Shown: positions 40,001 to 50,873 of the stretch, piece after piece
Position numbering within the stretch: the stretch's first letter is position 1
Layout: each line of letters begins with the position of its first letter
DNA from: Dipteris shenzhenensis
Taxonomy: Eukaryota
DNA length: 64,000 nt
Assembly (NCBI GenBank): GCA_047967505.1
Contig: CM106538.1
Strand: one strand, 5' to 3'
Made by a program: the position numbers and the translations under genes
The notes under the pieces: generated by a model
What the model was told of the DNA's origin: nothing
What the model saw: only the letters and a program-made list of their open reading frames with translations
Database searches by the model: none

Positions 40001-42382
40001 ATAACTCTTCCACTCGCAAAATGCAAGTGAGCAGAGATGTTGTTTTTGATGAAATGAGCAGCTGGTATGCACCAACTGTTATGGTAGGAGATGCAGATGC
40101 AGGAAATGGGAATGCTGCAATAAATGCAGAGCAGCAATCTCAAGTCTTGAGTGGACCCAGAGAGTCCTCTACTAGTGGATCTAATGCATGGACAGGGAGA
40201 TTGAGATCTAGTGAATCGTCACATGGCAGTCCTGATAGTGTTGTGCAGGTATCACATAAGGGAAAAGAAAAAGTGGACCATACTCCAGTGTTTGATGTGT
40301 CTGCTGGTAGCTCTCATGTTGATGGAGAGTCAAGCGGCTCTGAAATGAGCCTTGATGAGGAACTTGGGATTCCTTTTGTTGTTACACCTGGTGCAAGGAA
40401 AAGCAAGCATGATTTAAAGACTCCTGCAACTGATCCAGTTGTACGGAGGTCCACTCGTATTAAGTATCCAGTTGACAGGCTAAGATATGATGGGTATACA
40501 GCACATCACTATGCTTATATGGTCAAGGTTCTAGAGGAGCTTGAGCCCACATGTTTTGAGGATGCAGCAGGGCATAAAAATTGGGAAGCAGCTATGGATG
40601 AAGAGATGGCTGCCTTGGATGCAAACCACACTTGGGATTTGATGTCTTTGCCTCATGATAAGAAGGCTATTGGCTGCAAGTGGGTTTACAAAGTAAAGCA
40701 CAATGCTGATGGGTCTGTTAGCAGGTACAAGGCAAGATTGGTTGCCAAAGGTTTTGCGCAGACATATGGAATTGACTATGAGGAAACTTTCAGCCCAGTT
40801 GCAAGGATGGCAACCGTGAGAGCAGTAATTGCTATGGCTGCTGCAAAGGGATGGTCTTTGCATCAGATGGATGTGAAAAATGCCTTCTTGCATGGTGATT
40901 TGCAGGAAGAGGTTTATATGATGCAGCCAGAGGGTTATGAGGATAATGCACACCCCGATTTTGTATGCAGGTTGTGCAAAGCCTTGTATGGCTTAAAACA
41001 GGCGCCGAGGGCATGGTCAGACAAGATAGGGCAATATCTTGTCACTATTGGATTTCAGATTTTCAATTCAGATTTTTCACTTTATGTGAAAAGGACAAAC
41101 AAAGGGATTGTGCTTATCGTCATCTATGTTGATGACTTGATTATTACAGGTGATAGTGATGCAGACATTAATGAAGTGAAGCTGCTGTTGAAGCATAAAT
41201 TTGAGATGAAGGATTTGGGAGAGCTGCGTTACTTCTTGGGCATTGAGGTTATTAGATCCCCGAGTGGGATATGGCTGTTGCAAAGGCAATACGGTTTGGA
41301 CATGCTGTCCAAATATGGGATGATAGGCTGTAAGCCTATTTCTGTTCCATTGGAGCAGAATGTGAAGCTCAATGCAGAGACAGGTGAGCTTCTTGAAGAT
41401 ATTACTATGTACAGGCGCATAGTAGGTAGCTTGATTTACATGACTATAACCAGACCAGATTTGAGCTATGCTGTGGGGCTGGTGAGTCAGTTTATGCAGG
41501 CACCGAGGAAGCCACATTTGGATGCGGCTAGGCGCATACTCCGGTATGTGAAGTCCACATTGCATTATGGACTGCTTTATGAAGCTGGGTGTGCATTACA
41601 GGTATATGGATACACAGATGCTGACTGGGCTGGTAGTGTCTCAGACAGGAGATCTACTAGTGGTTTTATGTTTTCCCTTGGGAGTGGTGCCATCAGTTGG
41701 AGCAGCAAGAAGCAGCCAACAGTTGCCTTGTCGAGCACAGAGGCTGAGTACAGGGGTGCAGCAATGGCTGCATGTGAGGTAGCTTGGTTACGGAAGCTAC
41801 TTGCAGATATGGGACACTCAGTTCATGCAGCAGTTGTCATTCATTGTGACAACATTAGCAGCATCATGCTTGCTAATAACCGAGTTTATCATGCTAGAAC
41901 GAAGCACATTGAGGTGCATTATCACTTTGTGAGAGAGAAGGTTCTAGCTGGTGAGATTGATCTTGTCTATGTCAGCACTGAGGAGCAGGTGGCTGATATC
42001 TTTACGAAGGCATTGGGTACCGAGAAGCTTCGCAGATTTAGGAGCTTGCTTGGTGTACGTGAGATGGATTTGAGCTTGAGGGGGAGTGTTGATATATCAA
42101 GCTCTATCCCCGACATATCTCCTGGATGACTATCATTTATGTCACCGCCTATGTTAGTTGTACTCGTGGTGTAGTTAGACTACCACGTATGTTTTGGTTT
42201 GGGTTCACATATGAACCACGTATTCTAGGGTTTGACATATAGGGTATTTCCCTCTTCTATTGTAATTGTTGTTGTGTGCAAAAGTGAAGAAAGGCTTCAC
42301 CCTCCAACCTTGTGTCCTCTCTTTTGTGTGTTGTGAAGAAAGCTGAACTTGAGTCTCCTATCTCTCTCCCTTCTTCTTTACA
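37039..42382 (+). mobile_element. Full-length young Ty1/copia LTR retrotransposon
   Basis: 5' LTR 37039-37333 and 3' LTR 42087-42382 (TG...CA, only a few differences); PBS tggtatcagagcc 37334-37346; PPT gagggggag 42078-42086; TSD GGGCG/GGGCA. Confidence 0.97.
37773..42129 (+). pseudogene. Copia gag-pol polyprotein (gag, CCHC, PR, IN, RT, RNase H), disrupted near its N terminus
   Basis: ATG at 37773 (MSENLSTIVSEKLDKNNFQAWKF), +1 frameshift at ~37841 and a TGA (Trp codon) at ~37957, then a 1382-aa open frame with CYYCGKPGHKKNTC, WYVDSGASNH, DD..E core, YVDD and ADIFTK. Confidence 0.93.
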
Positions 42383-45300
42383 GGGCACTGATGACGTCAG
42401 TGGGGATGTCATAGTAGCTAGTCCTTGCTATGCATGATGGAGTTTATGGTTTTCAACCTTGTGAGTGACTATCATGAGATTGAAACTGCATTATGTTGTG
42501 TTTTTGTGTTTTTAGAGGATGAGTTTGGGAATGTTCCTGGATTCATCTAGGTATATGCTTCTGCCGTATTAGCGGACATGCAAATTTCACCTCGTGAAGT
42601 TTTCGTCCAAGTTGCGGTCTGCTGGTATTGTGATAATTCTTTCTATCTTAAATGGTGCGTTGCCCTATCAGCTAGATTTAGATTTAGATGCTCGTTAGGG
42701 AGAGACTAAAATGAAAATGTTTAGACTTCACAAGCAGTTGTAGCTTGAATGAAGAGATTTTGGACTACCTTTTGATTAGCCTTCTCCTTTAGTGCTAGCC
42801 TTCATTTTGAATCTGCCCTTCATCTCCGGAGTGCCGACAGAAACTCAGTACGAAGACTTTGTATAAATGGATGCTCAAGTATGTGTGGGTGTGTGGATTT
42901 TTGTGTGTGAGCATATTTTTATACTATGGTCTACACCCACTGTTGGGCGCTGATGACGTCAGTGGGGATGTCATAGTAGCTAGTCCTTGCTATGCATGAT
43001 GGAGTTTATGGTTTTCAACCTTGTGAGTGACTATCATGAGATTGAAACCGCACTATGTTGTGTTTTTAGAGGATGAGTTTGGGAATGTTCCTGGATTCAT
43101 CTAGGTATATGCTTCTGCCGTATTAGCGGACATGCAAATTTCACCTCGTGAAGTTTTCGTCCAAGTTGCAGCCTGCTGGTATTGTGATAATTCTTTCTAT
43201 CTTAAATGATGCGTTGCCCTATCAGCTAGATTTAGATTTAGATGCTCGTTGGGGGGAGGGGTGGTTTGAGAGCTTTAGCACAACATCTTAGATGGGGTAG
43301 TTCTTGGAAAACACTCCTCCACCCTTGCTTAGCTAATTGCAAGCAAAAAACTTCAAAACTATATTAAAATAAGAGGTCCCGGGAGGCTCCCCATCCCAGT
43401 TTTGTCCTAACAATGTGTACTTAACCATGTAGGTTTTAAAATTCCATTACCAATTCAACTCTCCATAGATTCCACACACAATAGTTGGATTAGAAAGAGG
43501 TCTCTTTTTTTTTTTTTTTGCTCTTCATGCTTTTGGAGGGATTGCTCTCTCCCCCCAAAAGCATGCTTTTTTGGGGGGATTGCTTCTTTCCCCCCAAAAG
43601 CCTATTTTTGGATTGCTTCTTCCCCTTCTTTGCGTGATTTCTTGCCTTCTTCCTCCGCCGTCCTCGTCCTCCTCCTTCGCTTCCTTCCGTCCTTTCATCC
43701 GTGCCACTCCGTTAAGGCCTCCTACGCTGCTGCTGTTTCGGCGCCCTCCTCGTCATCTCTTCCTCCGCTGTGCTCTTTCCCCTGCCGTCCTCGTCCTCAG
43801 TTTCGGTTGCGCTCTTTCCCTCTACCGTCCTCGTCCTTAGTTTTGGCCTGCACTACCACAGTTTCCTCTACCATCCTCGTCCTCAGTTTCGGCTGCGCTA
43901 CCACAGTTCCGGCTGGCTGCGCTACCACAGTTCCCTCTGTCATCCTCGTCATCAGTTTCGTCTACGCTACCATAGTTTCGGTTGCCTTCGCCACTCATTT
44001 CCTCTGCAGCACAGTTTCAGCGCCGCTCTGCTTTTCCTCCTCCGTAGCATAGTTTCAGTGCCGCTCTACTTTTCCTCCGCACATGTTTTCTTCACAGTTA
44101 TTCAGTGGCAGGTTCGTAGCCCTCAGCAGGCCCATTCTTCTTCGCCAGCGTGACTGTCAGTGAGGCTTCTGTGTCGTCAACAACAGTCTGAAGCTTCTCC
44201 TTTTTCGAGTTAATCTCACGGAACCCCTCTTCACGAAATCCCCTTTGGACAAAATCCCCTCAGCTCCTACGATTGCTTGAAATCCAAAGAGCAGAAGCTC
44301 ACAAACAACAATGGCTACTCAATCATCCAAGTAAGAAAATGAAAGAAATCGAAAGTGTACCTAATTCATGCATGTTCTCCACTTTCTCCATTTCGGAACA
44401 CCACGATTTGAAACAAAGAGTCTTGTAAAAGTAGGAATCTCAAAATGTGATTTGAAAGTAGGGTCTTAAGTATATGATTTGACTTTCATATCTTCAAATT
44501 TGAAATTTGAATTCTGTATCTAAGATTAATGAAAATGTTTAGACTTCACAAGCAGTTGTAGCTTGAATGAAGAGATTTTGGACTACCTTTTGATTAGCCT
44601 TCTCCTTTAGTGTTAGCCTTCATCATGGCTGAGTTTGCCCTTCACCTCTGGAGTGCCGACAGAAACTCAGTACGAAGACTTCGTATAAATGGATGCTCAA
44701 GTATGTGTGGGTGTGTGGATTTGTATGTGTGAGAGCATATTTTTATACTATGGTCTACACCCACTGTTGGGCGTTGATGACGTCAGTGGGGATGTCATAG
44801 TAGCTAGTCCTTGCTATGCATGATGGAGTTTATGGTTTTCAACCTTGTGAGTGACTATCATGAGATTGAAACTGCACTATGTTGTGTTTTTAGAGGATGA
44901 GTTTGGGGATGTTCCTGGATTCATCTAGGTATATGCTTCTGCCGTATTAGCGGACATGCAAATTTCATCTCTCGTGAAGTTTTCGTCCAAGTTGCGGCCT
45001 GCTGGTATTGTGATAGTTCTTTCTATCTTAAATGGTGCGTTGCCCTATCAGCTAGATTTAGATTTAGATGCTCGTTAGGGAGAGACTAAAATGAAAATGT
45101 TTAGACTTCACAAGCAGTTGTAGCTTGAATGAAGAGATTTTGGACTACCTTTTGATTAGCCTTCTCCTTTAGTGCTAGCCTTCATCATGGCTGAGTCTGC
45201 CCTTCACCTCCGGAGTGCCGACAGAAATTCAGTACGAAGACTTTGTATAAATGGATGCTCAAGTATGTGTGGGTGTGTGGATTTGTATGTGTGAGAGCAT

Positions 45301-46379
45301 ATTTTTATACTATGGTCTACACCCACTGTTGGGTGCTGATGACGTCAGTGGGGATGTCATAGTAGCTAGTCCTTGCTATGCATGATGGAGTTTATGGTTT
45401 TCAACCTTGTGAGTGACTATCATGAGATTGAAACTGCACTATGTTGTGTTTTTAGAGGATGAGTTTGGGAATGTTCCTGGATTCATCTAGGTAGATATTA
45501 GCCTCAAAAAGCTGTGTAGTAGCTCTTTTGAAGTTCCAGAATCTTTTGTGAGCGGAGCAAAGTTGCCAAGGAGGATTTTCTTTACAAAGTGATGTGAAAA
45601 GCAGATGCAAATAGTATCTCGTTATCACATGGGATGCCTTGATCCAATTTCAAACACAATTCTCTAACAGGCTGGCATAATGAAGTATTTTTTAAAAAGG
45701 CAGGCCCTTTTTTTGTGCCAGAGGGACTTCTTTTTTGTCATTCGAAAGATATCTTTTGCCATCTTGGTTTTCACATGCACAATTTATTGGGTGTACATGT
45801 GGATGATTAGCTCGCTGGTAGGCATTGGATGTTGTTAGTACCTGCCATTGTCGAAGTCCCACTAGGATATACTGTGGGTGGTTGTGATTGTTTGCATACT
45901 AGGTAAAATGCCATTTTTGGGCAAGTGGCTCTACTCCTTACTCCTTATTCTGCTTGCTTGCCCCTTCCTCTTTCTCTCCCACTTCATTTGGTTCCCCCTC
46001 TCCACTCTAGGCTGTTGACTGCCTTAAGGCTTGTTATTGGGCTTTTACTATTTTATCATATCGGGGTAAGCTTCCTTTGCTTCTTGATCAATACTGGGGG
46101 TTGATGTGCTTGGTATTGTTTCAATATGTTGAGGGATACACAAGGGTGTTTTATCTCTTGAGATCTTCACTTTTTGACTGAGAGTTTTTGCCAAGCTTAT
46201 TATTTTTTCCTCCTTTTTATTACAATTATCAATTGTGGCATCACAATTTGTGTTGTAACTATTTGATTTTCAATGAAAATGATTCCAAGGGGTACATAAA
46301 TTTTACTTCAGTGGGCCATTGAGGTTTGGCTCTAATTGGATAATCCTTGCATGCATGCCCAACTCCGTAGTCTCTACAC

Positions 46380-46600
46380 ACAGGTTGAAATGTATTTGGG
46401 CTACTTTATGTGTGGTGATCCAACTATACTCTATTTCAACAACGTGAGTAATATTTACTTGGCAAAGAAAACTAGTGTTTCATGCCAAAACAAAAACATA
46501 TTGAAGTGTATTATCACTTCATTAAGAAAGTTCTTAGTGGGTGAGATTGGTCTTGTTCAAGTTTGAATAAGAAGTAGTTAGCTACTTCCTATAACATCTT
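46380..46600 (+). mobile_element. Decayed copia RNase H fragment
   Basis: PTILYFNNVSNIYLAK followed by frameshifted FHAKTKHIEVYYHF-like sequence. Confidence 0.55.
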
Positions 46601-47055
46601 GGTATTCCTTAGAGGGGGAAAGTAGCTCCGAAGTAATGGTTGTGCTATATGCGCATTTTACATACACTTCCGTTTCACTTTTCGCATTACTATTTGCAAA
46701 ATTTTATTCTCTATCGCCTTTATAATGCAATGGTTTGCACCCTCTCCTCATCCAAGAGAGCTAGTTGAGGATGGTATAAATTGCACCATCAAAGATAGGT
46801 CCATGGGACAAACCCTAACACTAACCTAAGGGATGAACAGCAAGTCGACCTCTCCATCCATGATGAGCTCGCGTATAAACTGATATTGAATCTCAATGTG
46901 TTTTGTGCGAGCGTGGAACACAGGGTTCTTTGCAATCGCCATGCAACTCTGATTGTCACATGATAACTGCGTAGGCTTGTTCTGCACTGCACCCATGTCC
47001 CCCAAAATCCTCCTCAACCACACTGCCTCGCAAGAAGCAAAGCATGCAGATTTGT
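46600..47055 (-). mobile_element. Copia RNase H fragment with probable 3' LTR start at ~46820
   Basis: AVWLRRILGDMG...CDNQSCMAIAKNPVFHARTKHIEIQYQFIRE, then minus-strand TGTTAGGG. Confidence 0.75.
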
Positions 47056-48119
47056 AAATTTACTCTAAAAGGACTAGTAAGCATTAAATTTTCTTGTAAT
47101 CACGTGGACTTCTTGTGTGTTCAAAAAACATGCATGTCATGATGGCAAAACCTCTTGGTACCAGAAATAAAAAGGGAATTTGGCATATTACAATCAATAA
47201 TTTTGGTAATATTGTTTAAAAGGTAAATTTACCACTGGCAAATAAGCCTTTATTGTGGGTAGATCAACTACTATTGTAGTAAACAAAATACTACGAGCAG
47301 TGAAAGTGGTAAGAGACTAAACCATTGGTAATATTATTATCGATGGTAGAGGGTCAAAACTTATTACCATTGATAATGGTACCTAGACCACTAGCAATAG
47401 AGCCATTACTAGCGGTAAAGGCTATAAGCTCTTAATGCCATGCCTATATAAGAAGCACGATGGCCCATTTTTAGTGCTTTGGACTTGAGAGGCAAATTTT
47501 TTCTCTTCTTCCCAGCCCCTTCTAGGGTCGGGTTGCAAATAAGTTGCATAATTTGAAGGCCAAGGTTGTAAAGTACACAAAGAGGTTGCAAGAAGTATAT
47601 GCTCAAACCCATGGGCTTGTTAGTAATGCGAATTGGGAGCCTGATGCATTGCTTTCAATTGAATTGTTATTGGCAATGTCTACACATGGTTTGGGCAATC
47701 ATTTACTGCAAGAATAGCACTTGCCAATGATGTCTGTGCATCACATATGGAATGATGGGATGCAATATGGGCTTTGCATAAAACTAAAGTGCTACAATCC
47801 AACAAGAAAACCCTCATGATTGAGAGTTTGGAGAACAAGTCAGCATTAATGTTAGGAATGACGAAGCTATAATAACAAGCTAGTCACATGAGAAATGTTA
47901 TTTTTATGACAGAGAACAAGATCTTCTGAGGTAGAAAGATTGGATTTATAACATACGCGGGCTATATATTGGGTCCATGTAATATGATGTTCTAGTCTAT
48001 CACAATACATATGGCATGTTGGCAAGCATTATCAGAACTCGTAAGTGACAAGCACAAATAGATGTGGCCATGCAAATAGCATACCGTGTCCTTATCCAAG
48101 TTATTTATCCTACTTGAGA

Positions 48120-48450
48120 GGAGCCCCTTTGAACCATCACACCATCCTTTAATGGTGGGAGCCTTTCTTAGCTTTTCCTCAAGCTCGCATTTAAGGAAGG
48201 TCCTTTAGGCATTAAGGGCACAGGTAGAAGGACAGCTAGAGGATGCAATCAAAGGCTCAAATACTTGGTGCAAAGAATCAAGTTTGTTTGTGCCAATGTG
48301 CACCATTTATCCATGCTCTCTTGGCTAAACTAGCATGCTTGCATTGGGCCCAATGGTTCCATAGAGATCTGCACCCTCAAAACATCTTACTTGATTTTAC
48401 ATCAAATGGTGGAATCCCATGGAGGTCCAAGGGGAGAAGGTTTTTCTGAC
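48120..48450 (+). pseudogene. Decayed protein-kinase-like fragment
   Basis: FNGGSL (different frame), then FIHALLAKLACLHWAQWFHRDLHPQNILLDF with an HRD catalytic loop. Confidence 0.55.
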
Positions 48451-48639
48451 AACGGCAAGGTTTTACGCAAGATTTTACTATGAGCATGGATTTGGATAGT
48501 GAATGCCTAGAGTTGGGCATCGGGCAGAATTGACTCATTATAGGGCTTTCCTTGCACAAGTCTTTGAGTCTTACTCTTTGAAATTTCATTTTTTCATCTA
48601 TTCATACTACTCTATTTTGTGTCTAGTGTTGTCTGCGTT

Positions 48640-48985
48640 GTTTCAACATTGGTATCAAAGCTGGGTGTGTCAAAAAATCTAAGATGGCAACTAAATTGTA
48701 AATTTTGTTTCTATTTTCAACGGCACCAAGCCTAAAGCCTAGAAGAAAAAGAAGAAGGTTTTTTTCCTAAAAGGAAAAGGCTTGTATGGCATGACACATG
48801 GCACAGTCAAGGAACCCAAGTAAACGAGCTATTAAACCACAACACAAGGACTTCAATCCCCTCACAACAGTTGTTGCACAAAAACCATTTGATAAATGGG
48901 GGATTTATTTTGTGGGTCCCATACATCTAAAAGCAAAGGGAACATAGGCACGATACATCATTGTGGCGTGGCCACTGATTGCTAT
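48640..48985 (+). mobile_element. LTR end + tRNA-Met PBS + gag start, joined to a gypsy integrase fragment
   Basis: ttcaaCA t TGGTATCAAAGC (PBS 48650-48661); PFDKWGIYFVGPI...ARYIIVA at ~48880-48970. Confidence 0.6.
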
Positions 48986-49095
48986 TGACTCTATGCCAAC
49001 ATGGACTTAGGTAGAACAGAATGTGTGTGTAGAGTAGTGGCAAAACTCCGCTTATACTTGCATTAGGCTAGAAATAATTACTCTTAGAAATCCAA

Positions 49096-49560
49096 CTTGC
49101 ATGTTCTACATGCAAGTTCTACATGCAACTCCTACATGAGAGTTGTACATGTGAGTTCTACATGCGAGTTCTACATGCAAGTTCTACATACAGCTCCTAC
49201 ATGCAACTCCTACATCCGAGTTGTACATGCGAGTTGTACATGCAAGTTGTACATGCGAGTTGTACATGCGAGTTGTACATGCAAGTTCTACATATACGAC
49301 TTACATACAACTCCTACATGCAACTCCTACATGCAAGTTGTACATGCCAGTTCTACATGCAAGTTCTACATGCGAGTTCTACATGCGAGTTGTACATGCA
49401 AGTTCTACATACGACTTCTACATACAACTCCTACATGCAACTCCTACATGCGAGTTGTACATGCAAGTTCTACATGCAAGTTGTACCTACGACTTCTACA
49501 TGCAACTTCTATATACAAGTTCTACATGTGGAGAGAGAATGTGTTACAATTCCTACATGC
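49096..49560. repeat. 13-bp minisatellite (consensus GC(A/G)AGTT(C/G)TACAT), roughly 35 units
   Basis: Directly visible periodicity; produces spurious repetitive ORFs in three frames. Confidence 0.95.
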
Positions 49561-49719
49561 AAAGAGAGAAGCTCTCCAACTTGTATAAACACCCCATAAT
49601 GGAATGAAGCCCAGACTCTTTGGGGCATTGTGTTGAGTTCTACTTTGGTATTCCAAGCAATTATCTCAAGTGTCCATGCTTCCTTGCACTCTACATCCAA
49701 AAGCATATCCTAACCTTGC

Positions 49720-50295
49720 AACTCCTCCTCCCCTCTCCTCCAACCTTGCAACCCATCCTCTCCCTCTCCTCCTCCCTCCTCCTCCTCCTCCTCCTCCTTC
49801 CTCTTCCTTCTCCTCCTCCCTCATCCTCCTCCCTCCTCCTCTTCCCTCCTCCTCCCTCCTCCTCCTCATCTCTCTCCTCCTCCCTCCTCCTCTTCCCTCC
49901 TCCTCCTCTTCCTCCTTCTCCTCCCTGCTCTCTCTGCTTTCCCCCATGCTCTTACACCTTCTTCCTCTCCCACTCCTATGCTCCCACTAAACCCTTAGTT
50001 CCTCAACCCTCAATCTCCATGATCTACAAGGGAGACAAGTTCTCCACCATGTACTCTACTCTAAACCTTGGAACCTCTTCTAAACTCTGGAACTCCTGAC
50101 TCTGGAACCTCCTTCTAAACCTTGGAACTCCTTCTAACCCTAGAACCTCCTTCGAAACCTTGGAACTCCTAACCCTGGAACCTCCTTCTAAACTTTGGAA
50201 CTCCTAACCCTGGAACCCCTTTTGTACCTTGGAACGTCCTTCTAACCTTGGAACCTCCTTTTAACCCTTAAACTCCGCCTAAACCCTGCAACCCC
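49720..50295. repeat. (CCT)n polypyrimidine tract followed by GGAAC(C)TCCT(T)CTAA(A)CC repeats
   Basis: Low-complexity sequence seen directly. Confidence 0.85.
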
Positions 50296-50873
50296 TAATG
50301 AAGGCGAAAGCCTTCATTACCTCAACCATGATGATACAGGTTCCTTTTACACATGCATACTACCACACCTCTCCCTTAGTCGCAGGAGGTCCCGAGTCGA
50401 CTCCACATTCCTCAAATGTAGCCAAACCGCACGCTGGCTTTAGCCTGAATAACTCCCTCCTGGGATCTCTATGTGGGCATCACTGCCTATCCTTGAATGG
50501 CATGACGTGCCCATTGCAACGGTTGAAGAAGCTCCTCAATGGGAGTCTAAATGCAAAAGTTATGATGGAAAACGTACCAAGAGGTCTCCACGACCATGTC
50601 TCCCCCGTTCGCGGGGGTCTCACGCCCATCACATCCTCAGTGACACATCCTGCACCCAAGCACCTAGGCACTTGCCTAGACGTTCACCCTCTCTTTCACA
50701 TGCACTCAACCCACCCCGTGCGTGAGTGTCAAGAAGAAAAGCAAGGGAATCGAAAATGATACAGAAGAACACATATATTCACAAAACGTGCCAAAACGTC
50801 CGCACGCGTTACATTGTTTGAGAGCACCACCTCCCATACACTCTCACCGGTTCAATGGAGCTTGAAGTCCCTT

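Larger units (their letters stand above)
36699..45497 (+). repeat. Head-to-tail array of ~3.9 copies of a ~560-bp non-coding monomer, interrupted by a copia (37039-42382) and a 1.27-kb insert (~43256-44527)
   Basis: Monomers start at 36699, 42615, 43169 and 44995; the whole array is flanked by ttagcctgaaaaagctg (36682-36698) and ttagcctcaaaaagctg (45498-45514). Confidence 0.9.

Noticed and set aside
45336-45440. Hammerhead ribozyme in the monomer (CTGATGA ... GAAAC; also minus-strand GGAC-GAAA in the linker hairpin)
   Set aside because: The motifs are not joined by stems I-III in the required geometry on either strand; a covariance-model search is still needed to exclude variants.
45455-45495. 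Helitron 3' end (hairpin + CTAG)
   Set aside because: The hairpin directly abuts CTAG, homology continues past it, and long TSDs are not a Helitron feature.
36699-45497. Tandem TRIM/Cassandra or C/D snoRNA cluster
   Set aside because: No TG..CA termini, PBS, PPT or 5S segment; the flanking repeat is 17 bp rather than 5 bp; no convincing C/D boxes with rRNA antisense elements.
49097-50099. Long ORFs over the minisatellite and CCT tract; CRISPR-like array
   Set aside because: Low-complexity artefacts; no unique spacers; eukaryotic context.
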